Source: Marinicella sp. (GTDB taxonomy: Bacteria; Pseudomonadota; Gammaproteobacteria; Xanthomonadales; Marinicellaceae). From it: DNA of 64,000 nt. Position numbers and translations under genes: made by a program. Location of the stretch: NCBI GenBank assembly GCA_965230295.1, contig OZ246001.1, forward strand, positions 544,001-608,000, given 5' to 3'. This document shows positions 10,574 to 22,247 of the stretch, piece after piece (positions within the stretch are counted from its first letter, which is position 1; every line of letters starts with the position of its first letter). The notes under the pieces are model-generated. The model searched no databases and was not told where the DNA came from. It was given only the letters and a program-made list of their open reading frames with translations.

Positions 10574-12133
10574 ATGTTTAATTTAATTTCTAAAAGAATG
10601 GGCTACAGCATCAAAAATGATGTCCTGTCAGGCTTAACAGTGGCTTTGGCATTGGTACCTGAGGCAGTGGCTTTTGCTTTTGTCGCCAAGGTGGATCCAT
10701 TGGTCGGTTTATATGCAGCATTCATGGTCGGGCTGATTACATCTGTTTTTGGGGGTCGTCCAGGCATGATTTCAGGAGCCACAGGAGCCATGGCAGTTGT
10801 GATGGTGGCGTTGGTGGCCGAACATGGGGTGCAATACTTATTTGCCGCAGTGGTGTTAACAGGCATCATTCAAATGCTGGCTGGGGTATTTAAGCTGGGT
10901 ATGTTCATCCGCATGGTCCCCTATCCGGTGATGTTGGGCTTTGTTAATGGTTTAGCCATTGTGATTTTCCTGGCCCAATTGGGCCAATTTAAAATTGTTG
11001 ATGAAGCCGGCCTCCATCAATGGATGCAAGGTGAAACGCTTTATTGGATGATTGGTATGGTGGCACTGACCATGTTTATCATTCATTTCTTACCTAAACT
11101 GACTCGCATCATTCCGGCCTCTTTAGCGGCTATTTTGATCGTCACAGGCTTGGTGATCGTACTTGATATTCCCATTCCTAATGTGATTGATTATGTCCGT
11201 TCAGAATCAGGCAACCCCAGTGCCACCATTGCTGCAGGGTTACCTACTTTTGCCATTCCTTCTGTGCCCTTTAACCTGGAAACTTTCAACATCATTCTAC
11301 CCTATGCGCTTATTTTAGCTGCAGTGGGTCTGATTGAGTCATTGTTGACCATGACACTGATTGATGAGATCACTGAAACCCGAGGTCACGGTAACCGAGA
11401 GTGTATGGGTCAGGGCCTGGCCAATTTTACCAATGGCTTCTTCGGAGGCATGGGAGGTTGCGCCATGATTGGTCAAAGTATGATCAACATCAAATCAGGT
11501 GGCCGTGGCAGGTTGTCCGGCATCACGGCTGCTGTGGCACTGTTACTTTTTATACTCATTGGATCTTCTTGGATTGAAATGGTCCCATTAGCCGCACTGG
11601 TTGGTTTGATGTTTATGGTGGTATTGGGCACCTTTGAGTGGGCCAGTTTAAGGATGATTAACAAAGTTCAAAAGTCAGAAATCTTTATCATTGTATTGGT
11701 TTCAGGTATCACAGTGATCGCTGATTTGGCCATTGCTGTGGTCATTGGGGTGATCGTCAGTGCTCTGGTTTTTGCATGGAAAGGGGCCAAGAGGATTCAA
11801 GGCAAAAGTCACATTGATGACAACGGCTCAAAAATTTATGTGCTCAAAGGTCCTGTGTTTTTTGGTTCTGTACAAAATTTTCAAGACCTGTTCTCTCCAA
11901 GGACAGATCCAGATGATGTCATCGTAGATTTTTTGGATGCACGGGTTTATGACCATTCAGCCATTGAGGCTTTGGACTCTTTGGCAGAGCGCTATGAACG
12001 CAATGGCAAAACTTTGCACTACCGGCACCTCAGTCCTGAATGCAAACAATTATTGAACAAAGCAGGTAATTTAGTGGAAGTCAATTTGATCGAAGATCCA
12101 GACTATAAAGTAGCAGACAGTGCTTTGGGCTGA
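10574..12133 (+). CDS. SulP family anion transporter with STAS domain
   Basis: [37 protein letters not shown]; C-terminal STAS. Confidence 0.93.
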   Translation: MFNLISKRMGYSIKNDVLSGLTVALALVPEAVAFAFVAKVDPLVGLYAAFMVGLITSVFGGRPGMISGATGAMAVVMVALVAEHGVQYLFAAVVLTGIIQMLAGVFKLGMFIRMVPYPVMLGFVNGLAIVIFLAQLGQFKIVDEAGLHQWMQGETLYWMIGMVALTMFIIHFLPKLTRIIPASLAAILIVTGLVIVLDIPIPNVIDYVRSESGNPSATIAAGLPTFAIPSVPFNLETFNIILPYALILAAVGLIESLLTMTLIDEITETRGHGNRECMGQGLANFTNGFFGGMGGCAMIGQSMINIKSGGRGRLSGITAAVALLLFILIGSSWIEMVPLAALVGLMFMVVLGTFEWASLRMINKVQKSEIFIIVLVSGITVIADLAIAVVIGVIVSALVFAWKGAKRIQGKSHIDDNGSKIYVLKGPVFFGSVQNFQDLFSPRTDPDDVIVDFLDARVYDHSAIEALDSLAERYERNGKTLHYRHLSPECKQLLNKAGNLVEVNLIEDPDYKVADSALG

Positions 12134-12400
12134 ACCTGGCAACAAGTTTTTTATGTTCTTTTTTGTATACATTTATTTTCAAGTCTAAATACTTCAACAA
12201 TTCAATCAAATCAATCGTTCATACAGATGACCGCAAATGCAGTCATCTGTTACTCTAAAAACCAAACTTTCATAAGTTATTGTTTATATAAGCTTTTTCT
12301 AATAATAAACTGCCACCATAAAGCCTAAAACGTACGAAATAAAGCCTAATTAATTCAACCAGGATTTTCATTTCATATATACGTCTAAAATCCCCTTTTT

Positions 12401-12416
12401 TGTGAACTGTGTCACA
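12401..12416 (+). promoter_or_regulatory. CRP/Clp-type binding site upstream of the S8 protease
   Basis: Exact TGTGA-N6-TCACA; candidate -35 TTGATG (12445) and -10 TATATA/TATATT (12467-12474) downstream. Confidence 0.7.
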
Positions 12417-12564
12417 CTTTTTTCGCTGAAAATCCAAATAATTATTGATGGCTGTCATATATATGTTATATATTCTAGCCACCACAACAATAAAAATTAC
12501 ACATGTGGTAAAGCCAGATTAGAAATTAATCTGAAATAAAAAAAATAGAGGAGAGACATCTAAT

Positions 12565-14589
12565 ATGAAAAAATTAGATATTGGTGCGCGTTCGCCAAAA
12601 ATAAAACTAAAGAACGCAATTTCCAAATCGCTGACTGTCATGACACTGGCTGCATCTTGCCAGGTTGCTCTTGCACAAAGCATCGGCGAAGAGCCAATCC
12701 AAACCAGCCTTATTCAAGGGTTCAACGTAGCCAACAAGATCCATAACCAATACATTGTGGTATACAAAGACACCTTTGTTAATACGGAAACAGTGGCCAG
12801 ACGTGCTGGCAATCAAACCCTTGAGCAAGCAAGAAAAGCTTTGATCCAGGAAATGAGTGTAGATATGGCCACCAAGGCCAAAGGTGAAATGGTTCGTAGC
12901 TATTCATCATCTATCTATGGCATGGTATTGAACAGTCTGTCAATCGATGAAGTGGTGGCATTGACTAAAGACCCAAGAGTTGCTTTCGTTGAAGCCGACA
13001 AGACAGTTAGCCTCAGCGCCACGCAAAACAATGCAACTTGGGGTTTGGATCGGATCGACCAAGCCAGTTTACCTTTGAACAACACTTACAACTATGATGC
13101 AGATGGCACAGGCGTGAACGCATATGTAGTCGATACAGGTGTCAGAATTTCACACACCCAATTTGGTGGACGTGGTAATACAGGTTTTACTGCAATTAAC
13201 GATGGTAACGGCACCAATGACTGCCAAGGTCATGGAACCCACGTAGCTGGTACCATAGGTAGTAGCACTTATGGTGTGGCTAAAAACGTTGAAATCTACG
13301 CTGTTAGGGTTTTGGGTTGTGATGGTTCAGGTACAAACTCAGGCGTCATCGCAGGTGTGGATTGGGTTGGTGACAACCACGTCGCACCAGCTGTTGCTAA
13401 CATGAGTTTGGGTGGTGGAGCCAGTTCAGCTTTGGATAATGCTGTGAATGCAGTGGTAGCCCAAGGTGTAACTATGGTTGTTGCTGCTGGTAATGATAAC
13501 CGCAATGCTTGTAACTATTCACCAGCACGTGCTGCCAATGCAGTGACTGTTGGTTCAACCACAAGTTCTGATGCCCGTTCTTCTTTCTCGAACTATGGTT
13601 CTTGTTTAGATATTTATGCGCCAGGTTCATCAATCACCTCAACTTGGTCTACCAGTAACACGGCGACCAACACCATCAGTGGTACTTCAATGGCAGCACC
13701 ACATGTAGCTGGTGTGGCTGCCTTGTATTTGGATGACAACCCCAATGCAACACCTGCTCAGGTACAAGCAGCCATGGAAAATGCAGCCATTTCTGGTGTC
13801 ATTTCTGACGCAAGAACCGGTTCACCCAACTTATTGCTGAACAACTTCAGTGGTAATGGCGGTGGCGGCGGTGGTGGCGGCGGTGGCGGCGGCGGCAACG
13901 GCGAACTCACCAACGGCCAAGCTGAAACAGGCATTTCAGGCGCGCAAGGCTCACAAGCGTTCTATACATTAGCTGTTCCTGCTGGTGCCACTGACTTAAG
14001 CTTTGCTATCAGTGGTGGCTCTGGAGATGCTGACATGTATGTAAGATTTGGCGCAGCACCAACGACTTCAACTTATGATTGTCGTCCTTACAGAAATGGC
14101 AACAACGAAACTTGTGACATCACCAATGTCCAAGCAGGTACTTACCATGTGATGCTAAGAGGGTACAGCGCTTACTCTGGTGTAAGTCTGGTTGGTAGCT
14201 ACACTGCTGGCGGCGGCGGTGGCGGCGGTGGTGGCGGCGGTAATTTCTTTGAAAATACCACCAATGTGACCATTTCAAGCGGCGCACCAAGTACAGTCAG
14301 TTCTAGTATCAATGTAACCAGAACTGGCGCATCAGGTACCATCACAATCAAAGCTGACATCAAGCACACTTATCGTGGTGACTTGTCCGCTAAGATTTAT
14401 GCACCCAATGGTGCCAGTGGTACTGTTCATGCCAGAAGTAACTCATCTGACAGTGGTGATGATTTGTTAATTGACGTCAACCTGAACGCTGGAACCATCG
14501 AATCCAGTGGTGAATGGAGATTTGAAGTAACAGACCATGCCAACCAGGATGGTGGTTATATCGATTCTTGGAGCATTGAATTCAACTGA
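12565..14589 (+). CDS. Extracellular S8 serine protease (aqualysin/proteinase K-like): I9 propeptide, S8, PPC, P-domain
   Basis: Triad motifs [25 protein letters not shown]; PPC ([16 protein letters not shown]); P-domain (IKHTYRGDL); RBS GAGGAG. Confidence 0.95.
   Translation: MKKLDIGARSPKIKLKNAISKSLTVMTLAASCQVALAQSIGEEPIQTSLIQGFNVANKIHNQYIVVYKDTFVNTETVARRAGNQTLEQARKALIQEMSVDMATKAKGEMVRSYSSSIYGMVLNSLSIDEVVALTKDPRVAFVEADKTVSLSATQNNATWGLDRIDQASLPLNNTYNYDADGTGVNAYVVDTGVRISHTQFGGRGNTGFTAINDGNGTNDCQGHGTHVAGTIGSSTYGVAKNVEIYAVRVLGCDGSGTNSGVIAGVDWVGDNHVAPAVANMSLGGGASSALDNAVNAVVAQGVTMVVAAGNDNRNACNYSPARAANAVTVGSTTSSDARSSFSNYGSCLDIYAPGSSITSTWSTSNTATNTISGTSMAAPHVAGVAALYLDDNPNATPAQVQAAMENAAISGVISDARTGSPNLLLNNFSGNGGGGGGGGGGGGGNGELTNGQAETGISGAQGSQAFYTLAVPAGATDLSFAISGGSGDADMYVRFGAAPTTSTYDCRPYRNGNNETCDITNVQAGTYHVMLRGYSAYSGVSLVGSYTAGGGGGGGGGGGNFFENTTNVTISSGAPSTVSSSINVTRTGASGTITIKADIKHTYRGDLSAKIYAPNGASGTVHARSNSSDSGDDLLIDVNLNAGTIESSGEWRFEVTDHANQDGGYIDSWSIEFN
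13858..13896 (+). repeat. (GGY)13 poly-glycine linker; a second (GGY)11 at 14209-14241
   Basis: Directly visible GGC/GGT runs between protease domains. Confidence 0.9.
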
Positions 14590-14614
14590 TTCATGCTTTG
14601 AATTGAAATGATAG

Positions 14615-14642
14615 AAAAAGGAGGCTCCGGCCTCCTTTTTTT
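14615..14642. terminator. Bidirectional intrinsic terminator
   Basis: AAAAAGGAGGC-TCCG-GCCTCCTTTTTTT between convergent genes. Confidence 0.9.
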
Positions 14643-15507
14643 ATGCCCCAAAAGTTTGCAAAATCGCTTTAGACCATACTTCCGGGTCTTCCAACATGGG
14701 GAAATGACCCAAATTATCCAGTTCAATCAAGTCACTGTTGTTGATTTCCGCTGCCAACACTTGAGCCATGGCTTGCACAGCCACCGGATCATTCTTGGCC
14801 CATACGATTTTTACCGGCAAGGTTGTGTTTTGTAAGGCACCAATCCACCGATGCCAATAGGTATACCTTTGTTTGATGTACTGCGTGGTTTTGTGAAGAA
14901 CATTTTTTCCACCAGCATGATTCATCATTTCCCACAAGGCATCCAACTCTTCATCACTAATCAAATCCGGATTGTGGTAAATGTTTTTAAGATTTCTTGC
15001 CAATGTACGGCGATTACTTAATCGAGCCACCCATGGGCCTGTCAACTTATTGAGCAACAGTTTTTGGATCAGGCGCAATTGAGCCATTTCTACATGCATG
15101 CTGCCATTACATAAAATCAGCTGTTTGATTTCCACAGCAAATTGATCAAACCTTTGCTTTCTGGCCAACAGTTCAGTGGCAACACTGGTTCCATAATCAT
15201 GGGCCAAAACGGTGGCCTCCTTGATACCTAGTTGTTGCCACAACATCAAAGCTTGATCAGTTTGTTCCATCAAAGAATAGGAGTAATTCCGGGGTTTGGC
15301 AGAGAAACCGAACCCCAAATGATCATGCATCACCACTCGAAATTGACTTTCTAAATAGGGCAAAGCCTTGTGGTAGTCATAAGTACATGTGGGGTAGCCA
15401 TGTAGCACCACCAGAACTGGCTTATCAGATCCAGAATCATAGACAAAATGTTCGAAGCCATTCACCGATTGTATCGAACCTGAATTTTTCCATTGTTCTG
15501 CTTTCAT
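14641..15507 (-). CDS. Alpha/beta hydrolase (MEST/epoxide-hydrolase-like)
   Basis: LHGYPT, DHLGFGFSxKP, AHDYG nucleophile elbow, GHFPMLE. Confidence 0.88.
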   Translation of the reverse strand: MKAEQWKNSGSIQSVNGFEHFVYDSGSDKPVLVVLHGYPTCTYDYHKALPYLESQFRVVMHDHLGFGFSAKPRNYSYSLMEQTDQALMLWQQLGIKEATVLAHDYGTSVATELLARKQRFDQFAVEIKQLILCNGSMHVEMAQLRLIQKLLLNKLTGPWVARLSNRRTLARNLKNIYHNPDLISDEELDALWEMMNHAGGKNVLHKTTQYIKQRYTYWHRWIGALQNTTLPVKIVWAKNDPVAVQAMAQVLAAEINNSDLIELDNLGHFPMLEDPEVWSKAILQTFGA

Positions 15508-15571
15508 GAGTTTACCTCTGTCGTGATTTATGGCTATATAATAACGCACAATTCACTACAACAATGCATCT

Positions 15572-16465
15572 ATGAAATTGGCCATCATCACTTGTCAGGA
15601 TCTGCCAAATGGCGTCGAAGACGACCAGGGGTTTTTCAATGCTTTGCGAAATTTAAATATCGACACAGATGTCATAAGCTGGGATGCTGATGTTGATTGG
15701 TCAGTTTATGACGCCTGCCTCTTACGATCAGTTTGGGATTATCATGAACGGGTTGATGCCTTTAATCACTGGTTAACGGGCCTTGAAAACATCACTGAAG
15801 TGATCAATCATGTCGATGTGGTCCGTTGGAATCAAAATAAGAAATACCTGTCAGAATTGGCTGATTTTGGCATCACCATTGCCCCCACAGAATGGTTATC
15901 TGTAGAACATGAATTTGATTTGGCAACCTGGAGTCAACAACAAAATGCCACTCATTTTTTTCTGAAACCCGTTATAGGCGCAGACTCTTCAGGTACTTTA
16001 AAGTTTGAGAACAGCAAGGAAGGACTTGAAACAGCACAACAGCACCTGGATCTGTGGCTCCCCCAGGTGGACATGATGTTACAACCCTATTTACCTCAAG
16101 TAGAGACCTACGGTGAAACTTCAGCCATCTATTTTGCTGGCAGCCTTGCACATGCAGTCAGGAAAGTGCCAGTAACAGGAGACTACCGAGTCCAAGATAC
16201 ATTTGGTGCCACTGACACAGCCTATCAATTGACTGCAGTGGAAATGGCCTTGTCAAAAGCTTGTCTGAATTTTCTGGAGCAAAAATTTTCCACTGTGGTG
16301 TATGCCAGATTTGATTTCTTACATGATGATCAAGGATCAGCTTACCTCAATGAAGCTGAACTTATAGAACCTTCGTTGTTTTTTGCTCACGGTCCCGAAT
16401 CAGCAGACATGTTTGCTCAGGCCATCAAAGATCACTTGTCATCAATAACCTCTGAGTCGGTTTGA
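15572..16465 (+). CDS. ATP-grasp domain protein (RimK/glutathione-synthetase-like)
   Basis: LLRSVWDY, WNxNKxYL, LKP, GDYRVQ, YARFD, EAELIEPSLF. Confidence 0.85.
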   Translation: MKLAIITCQDLPNGVEDDQGFFNALRNLNIDTDVISWDADVDWSVYDACLLRSVWDYHERVDAFNHWLTGLENITEVINHVDVVRWNQNKKYLSELADFGITIAPTEWLSVEHEFDLATWSQQQNATHFFLKPVIGADSSGTLKFENSKEGLETAQQHLDLWLPQVDMMLQPYLPQVETYGETSAIYFAGSLAHAVRKVPVTGDYRVQDTFGATDTAYQLTAVEMALSKACLNFLEQKFSTVVYARFDFLHDDQGSAYLNEAELIEPSLFFAHGPESADMFAQAIKDHLSSITSESV

Positions 16466-17241
16466 CCTAACCCGGGACCCAATTCCCAGGCATCGGCATC
16501 AATGGTCTCACGATAAGCATGCCATGTTGCATGACCTACGATGGGTAACAGCACCACAAAACCAATATAGAAAGTTAAGATGCCCACAACTATCAAAAAA
16601 ATGATAGATAAGCCCCAGACCAACATCGCCAATTTATTTTTTAAAACCGCATTGATCGATGTGATCACGGCTGTCACAGTGTCCACTTTTCGATCCATTA
16701 ACATCGGGATTGAAAACGCACCCGCAGCAAAAATGATGCCAGCAAATACGGCACCTACCATGGTTCCTACCCCAATGAACATATACCAATCTTCAGGTTT
16801 CATGATCGTGTAAGATGGAAAAAAGATGTGTAACATGCTGGCCGCTCTGGCCCAAATCAAAAACACGATCAAGAACATGAAAGACAACACCATCTCATTG
16901 CCTAAGTTTTTCTTACCTTCTTTCAAACAACGCAGAAATTGAGGCTCAACTTGATTGCTGATTTGTCGGCTGAGTGAATACAAACCAATGGCTATGATCG
17001 GGCCTAAAAAGAAAAACCCTGCTGTCAAAGCTATCGCCAAAACTACAGAATGAGCCCAATAGGCCACCACAGTGATCAGCACACTGATTAACATCATCAC
17101 CATGCCATAAATCAAACTGATCTTGCTCACTTGTTTAAAATCTTTCCACCCCAACTTCAACCAATGCCATGCCGCCAATGGTTTTAACTGGCGGCATGGT
17201 GCCACCAAAGGTTTCATTTCATTATTTGGTTGTTCTGACAT
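16432..17241 (-). CDS. DUF2189 family membrane protein
   Basis: WLxxGWxDF, GFxxLGPxxAxGLYxxSR, LPxxGHATWHAYR. Confidence 0.88.
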   Translation of the reverse strand: MSEQPNNEMKPLVAPCRQLKPLAAWHWLKLGWKDFKQVSKISLIYGMVMMLISVLITVVAYWAHSVVLAIALTAGFFFLGPIIAIGLYSLSRQISNQVEPQFLRCLKEGKKNLGNEMVLSFMFLIVFLIWARAASMLHIFFPSYTIMKPEDWYMFIGVGTMVGAVFAGIIFAAGAFSIPMLMDRKVDTVTAVITSINAVLKNKLAMLVWGLSIIFLIVVGILTFYIGFVVLLPIVGHATWHAYRETIDADAWELGPGLGQTDSEVIDDK

Positions 17242-17357
17242 CTATTGCCACCCGAATTTACTTTTACAAAGCATATCAAAATCTATGGTTCATGGTTTTG
17301 ACAATAATCAAGGCTGTTCATGTCATGGAAAAAACTTGAGTCAATACAATGAATTAC

Positions 17358-17657
17358 TCACGGTAATACTTTTAGATAGGGTTTGACCAGCACGTGTGCA
17401 TACACCCCTGCTGCAACGTAAGGATCGGCATCAGCCCAATCTTGCGCCGCTTGTAAAGACTCAAATTCAGCCACCACCAAAGATCCGGTAAATGCCAATT
17501 CTGCAGGTTGTGCTTCGTCAGTAGCCGGGTGTGGCCCGGCGATCATCAAGCGACCGGCTTCATTCAGTTCATGTAAGCGAGCTAAATGTTGTTCACGAGC
17601 CGTTTTACGTAAGGGCAAGGAGTCAGGAACATCTTGAGAAATGATGGCGAAATACAT
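17358..17657 (-). CDS. yciI: YciI family protein
   Basis: Rxx[26 protein letters not shown]. Confidence 0.9.
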   Translation of the reverse strand: MYFAIISQDVPDSLPLRKTAREQHLARLHELNEAGRLMIAGPHPATDEAQPAELAFTGSLVVAEFESLQAAQDWADADPYVAAGVYAHVLVKPYLKVLP

Positions 17658-17717
17658 GTAAATTCCAAACGATTAAAGAGCTCGATTATAATGTGCTTTT
17701 CATTCAAATTAAACCGC

Positions 17718-17912
17718 ATGTCAGGAAACATCAGAAGTCACCTATCCATCGGTCAAGAAGTCTCAGTGGTGCAAAAACACCACCAAAGATCAGGCGAGTT
17801 GACCCAAGGTTGTATAGCTCGCATCTTGACCAAATCTCCGAATCACCCACATGGCATCAAAGTCAAGTTAGATTCAGGCATTGTGGGTCGAGTTAAAGTG
17901 ATTCATGACTGA
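17718..17912 (+). CDS. YwbE (DUF2196) family protein
   Basis: VVQKxxQRSGxLTxG..ILTKSPNHPHGIKVKL..GxVGRV. Confidence 0.88.
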   Translation: MSGNIRSHLSIGQEVSVVQKHHQRSGELTQGCIARILTKSPNHPHGIKVKLDSGIVGRVKVIHD

Positions 17913-18570
17913 ACATATTTTGTACTCCTTCAGGCGCTGTCCTTACGCCATCAGAGCGCGCATGGCCTTGGCATATGCTGGCATCAATTGTGAACTGCGT
18001 GAATTGGTTTTACGCGACAAACCTGCCGATATGTTAAGCCACTCGCCCAAGGGTACTGTACCTGTTTTGATCACCCAATGTGGCCAAGTGCTTGATGAAA
18101 GCCTGGATGTGATGCTGTGGGCCCTACAAAATCATGATCCTGATTCCTGGTCAGAAAACCAATCAGACAGCATGCGGTTGATTGACCAGAATGACCATGA
18201 ATTCAAACCCTTGTTGGATCGCTATAAATATGCGGACAGGCATCCAGAACTGACACCTGAACAACATCGGGATTTGACTTGGCCTTTCATTAAAAGCCTC
18301 GATGATCTACTGTTGAATCAACCTTTCTTGTTAACCGACGAAATAAGACTGGCAGACGTGGCCTTGTTCCCATTCATTCGCCAATATGCTTTTGTAGACA
18401 TCCAATGGTTCGAAGGCCAACCTCTACCCCACCTACAAAACTGGCTGAACAACTTCCTCAAAGCTGACTTGTTTAAACGCATCATGCCTAAATACAATCT
18501 GTATAACGAAGGTTTTCGATACCGATTCCCAGCGATCAGTGACATTGACTTCAATCAAATGATGGCCTGA
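17905..18570 (+). CDS. Glutathione S-transferase
   Basis: LYSFRRCPYAIRAR, SPKGTVPVL, ESLDVM, LADxALFPFIRQ. Confidence 0.92.
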   Translation: MTEHILYSFRRCPYAIRARMALAYAGINCELRELVLRDKPADMLSHSPKGTVPVLITQCGQVLDESLDVMLWALQNHDPDSWSENQSDSMRLIDQNDHEFKPLLDRYKYADRHPELTPEQHRDLTWPFIKSLDDLLLNQPFLLTDEIRLADVALFPFIRQYAFVDIQWFEGQPLPHLQNWLNNFLKADLFKRIMPKYNLYNEGFRYRFPAISDIDFNQMMA

Positions 18571-18683
18571 TTGATTCATTTTATGGCCTAAAATACTTGG
18601 CAAAAGGCGTGGCATGGTTAAAATGCGTGCTGAAATATCTTTAAATAGCGCCTGATTTACGCTCAGGTCAGCAGGAGAACAAC

Positions 18684-19688
18684 ATGTCAAACAATTCCGG
18701 GCAAGCGCCCATTGTGGTCTGCGCACTGTATCATTTTGTGCGTTTGGAAAACCATTCCGACTTACAACAACCCCTACTCACTGTGTTAAAAGACCATGGC
18801 GTCAAAGGCACACTGTTACTGGCCAATGAAGGCATCAATGGCACCATTGCCGGCAGCCGTGAAGGCATCGATGCAGTGATGAACTGGCTGCGTCAAGATG
18901 AACGATTGGCCGAAGTAGACAGCAAAGAATCTTATACAAAAAAAATGCCTTTTTACCGCTCAAAAGTCAAACTGAAAAAAGAAATCGTCACCATGGGTGT
19001 TGAAGGCATCGACCCCAAGAAAGTGGTTGGCACCTACGTGCAAGCCAAAGATTGGAATGCGCTGATTTCAGACCCGGATGTGGTGTTGGTCGATACACGA
19101 AACGACTATGAGTACAACATAGGCACTTTCAAAAACGCCATCAACCCCAACACCGAAACCTTCAGAGAATTCCCTGAATATGTAAAGCAAAATCTGGACC
19201 CTGATAAACACAAGAAGGTGGCGATGTTTTGCACAGGCGGTATCCGTTGTGAAAAATCAACAGCTTATTTAAAGGAACAAGGCTTTGATGAAGTCTATCA
19301 CCTCAAAGGTGGCATTTTGAAATATTTGGAAGAAGTGCCTTCTGAAGACACCTTATGGGAAGGTGAGTGCTTTGTGTTTGATAACCGGGTTGCGGTCAAC
19401 CATGACTTAGAAAAGGGTCAATATGACCAGTGTTATGCTTGCCGTTACCCCATCACCGAGGCAGATAAACAATCTCCTCATTATGAAAAAGGCGTCAGTT
19501 GCCACCATTGTTTCGATCAAACCACAGCTGAACAACGGGCCCATTTTGCCGAACGCGAAAAACAAATGCAGTTGGCCAAAGCGCGTGGCGAATCTCACAT
19601 CGGTATGTCAGCTGCTGACGCCATTGAAAAGCGTCGTCAGGAAAAGTTGGCAGCGAAAAATGCCATGCGTGAACAAGCCCAACAATGA
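18684..19688 (+). CDS. trhO: tRNA uridine(34) hydroxylase TrhO (YceA/UPF0176, rhodanese domain)
   Basis: GTLLLAxEGINGT, [33 protein letters not shown]. Confidence 0.9.
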   Translation: MSNNSGQAPIVVCALYHFVRLENHSDLQQPLLTVLKDHGVKGTLLLANEGINGTIAGSREGIDAVMNWLRQDERLAEVDSKESYTKKMPFYRSKVKLKKEIVTMGVEGIDPKKVVGTYVQAKDWNALISDPDVVLVDTRNDYEYNIGTFKNAINPNTETFREFPEYVKQNLDPDKHKKVAMFCTGGIRCEKSTAYLKEQGFDEVYHLKGGILKYLEEVPSEDTLWEGECFVFDNRVAVNHDLEKGQYDQCYACRYPITEADKQSPHYEKGVSCHHCFDQTTAEQRAHFAEREKQMQLAKARGESHIGMSAADAIEKRRQEKLAAKNAMREQAQQ

Positions 19689-20326
19689 TTGGGTTGTTGC
19701 CAATTATTTGCCTGTTCGGGTGCGCGCTCAGTATCAGCTTTGAGGCCAAAAATCTTGGCCAACTGACCATCAAAGCCAAGCTGCTGGCCAGCTTGGCTTT
19801 TGTCGGCTTTGCCTGGACACTGGGTGCTTGGCAAAGCAGTTATGGGCAATTGATATTTGTTGGTTTGTTGCTCAGTTTGGTGGGTGATGTTTTGCTGGCA
19901 TTGAAAGGCAAGAAAACCTATTTTTTACTGGGCATTGCAGCTTTCCTGTTAGCCCACGTTATCTATTCACTGGCTTTTTTTACAACCGGGTTTGATACTG
20001 CAAAACTCCCACTCATACTGCCTGTCATAGGGATTTTTATATTGGCCACTGGGCTTTGGTTACGACAACATTTAACAGGCACTTTTGTGTTTGCTGTCCC
20101 TGCTTATTTGATCGCCATTGGTGTGATGTTGGTGTTTGCATGGGGTAACCAAGCCAGTGCAGCCTGGATTTGGGTGGTCGGTGGTGCCAGTCTATTTGCC
20201 ATTTCAGACTTATTGGTGGCACGCAATCGATTCATCAAGCCTGACATCAATAACCGCATCGTGGGGCTACCCATGTATTACATCGCTCAACTGATGTTGG
20301 CATACAGCATATCACTGATTAATTAA
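19685..20326 (+). CDS. Lysoplasmalogenase (YhhN family)
   Basis: LSLxGDVLL, FLxGxxxFLLAHxxY, GAxLFxxSD, YYxAQ. Confidence 0.88.
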   Translation: MIGLLPIICLFGCALSISFEAKNLGQLTIKAKLLASLAFVGFAWTLGAWQSSYGQLIFVGLLLSLVGDVLLALKGKKTYFLLGIAAFLLAHVIYSLAFFTTGFDTAKLPLILPVIGIFILATGLWLRQHLTGTFVFAVPAYLIAIGVMLVFAWGNQASAAWIWVVGGASLFAISDLLVARNRFIKPDINNRIVGLPMYYIAQLMLAYSISLIN

Positions 20327-20959
20327 ATAGAGTGAACTTACACTTATTCACACTTGCCTATCAATCATCTAGATAATCAAAAACGCCTGTATTAACACAA
20401 TTTTCAGGTATGTTTTGGGAGTTACAATAATCAGAGCTAAGCCTGTTCTCCACTTCAGATTTGCCAGTAATAGATACACTAAGACAAGCATTCGCAACCG
20501 CATCATCGGCTTAGCATTTATTATGCGGAACAACTGTTCCTGACATAGAGTGTCAGTTTGGTGACATAAATTCAATAAACCCTCTATGGCGTGTTTGGTA
20601 ATTGAAGCGTTCGCGTTCTCAAATCGATTGGCATGAACAACACCAGTAAATTCATACGCAAACATATAACATTTACCCAATCGTTATCACAGTGGGATGA
20701 CTGCGTCTTAAAAAAACGATCGAAACTCGAAGACTTATCATCATTGAGTTCAATTTTCCATTTGGGTGCCTTCCTGCCATTCCCGAAGAGGCCTGGTATC
20801 ATTGTATTTCGCTTTACAAAATCTTTGGTGAGAACAATAATATGAATAAACAAGCAGGATACTTCGGTAACAATAAACAAACGTTAATTGTTTTTTTTAA
20901 ACAGTTTAGCCTTTTTCTTTTAAACCGGTAAACGTTAATGAGAATTCAGAATCTATCTT

Positions 20960-22078
20960 ATGAAGCTTAAACTGTATACAATTTTCATGTCCATGCTGAT
21001 GACACCAATGTGGATGACTCAGGCATCAGAACAATCAAAAACCACAGGAATAGGGTTTACCAGCAGCATTGAAAAAGACCTGTCCAGACCATCAACACAG
21101 AATGGTCAACCGGGCAGGCTGATTCAAATCAACATGTGGTACCCCGCAGAATCAAACCAAAGCTCACCCCAGATGTCTTTTGCCGACTATTTGGTCGTAA
21201 AAAGTAATGAAATGGGAGAAACCAATCCGAAACTAGATCATGAAAAAACCCTGGAAAACTATTTGCGTTGGCCCATTTCACAAGGTGCTGACAAAGCCTT
21301 GCTTGGATCTTTGTCATTTTCAGATTTATCGATGAAAGCAGCCAAAGACCTCACCATTTTGCCAGGCAAACATCCAGTCATATTATTGGTACATGGCTCC
21401 GCAGTTGATTTTGCATTCTTGGCTGAGTCGTTGGTTGAACAAGGCTATGTTGTGGTGAATGTACCAATCAAAGGTTATTTGCAACAAGAACTGGATGTTA
21501 ATGGCATCGGTATGGAAACGGAAACCCGAGACTTTGAATTCGCATTATCAATTCTGTCAACCAACCCTCATCTTAAACTGTCAGATGTCACAGCCATTGG
21601 CTTCAGCTTTGGAGGCCAGTCAGCCCTGAGTATGGCATGTAGGAACCCGATGATAACAGCAGTGGTCAGTTATGATGGAGGCATTGGTGACAGGTTTGGA
21701 GCCAGATTAATTAATCAAACCCCTTTTTGTTCCATTGAACATGTGTCGGCATCAATCATGCATATTTACGACACCTCATATTCACAGGCCTATTTAGATA
21801 AAATTCGCAGCTTTGTGTATGCTGAGCGGGTTTTTGTCGGACTTGAAAATATAGCACATTGGCACTTCACATCGTTCGGTCATTTGGATTCCCATTTCCC
21901 GGGGTTTTTTGGCGAGCATAAGTTCTCGAAAAAAGGTTTTGAGACCATATTGAATATCACTGATGACTTCCTGAATTTAAAAGCAGTTGATTCAAAAACG
22001 CCTTATAAATTACCACCAAATGGGTATGATTTGGTGAAGCATTTCGAGCGACTGGAACCCATAAAACCTCAGCAATAG
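20960..22078 (+). CDS. Secreted alpha/beta hydrolase (dienelactone hydrolase/PAF-AH-like)
   Basis: Signal peptide, RxIQINMWYPA, PVILLVHG, GFSFGG, late His. Confidence 0.75.
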   Translation: MKLKLYTIFMSMLMTPMWMTQASEQSKTTGIGFTSSIEKDLSRPSTQNGQPGRLIQINMWYPAESNQSSPQMSFADYLVVKSNEMGETNPKLDHEKTLENYLRWPISQGADKALLGSLSFSDLSMKAAKDLTILPGKHPVILLVHGSAVDFAFLAESLVEQGYVVVNVPIKGYLQQELDVNGIGMETETRDFEFALSILSTNPHLKLSDVTAIGFSFGGQSALSMACRNPMITAVVSYDGGIGDRFGARLINQTPFCSIEHVSASIMHIYDTSYSQAYLDKIRSFVYAERVFVGLENIAHWHFTSFGHLDSHFPGFFGEHKFSKKGFETILNITDDFLNLKAVDSKTPYKLPPNGYDLVKHFERLEPIKPQQ

Positions 22079-22247
22079 AATGCCATCGACCAAGCTAAAA
22101 CAACAGCCATCTTTGATTGATATCGATGAATAAACAAGAGGTTAAAGTGCTGGTTTCTTACATGACTCTTCTGACAAGATCCATTCAGACATTGCAGGAT
22201 GTGGGATAACAAGCAATACATTGCTGGTTCAAGTTATTTTTGCAAGG

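Noticed and set aside
12223-12250. Hairpin ACAGATGAC..GTCATCTGT after the SulP gene
   Set aside because: No U-tract; cannot be distinguished as terminator, operator or chance palindrome.
12270-12485. 71-aa minus-strand ORF
   Set aside because: Overlaps the AT-rich protease promoter and CRP box; no coding features.
17905-18570. GST as the missing maleylacetoacetate isomerase
   Set aside because: It has the SFRRCPYA motif rather than the zeta-class RSSASYRVR motif, and lies 10 kb away.
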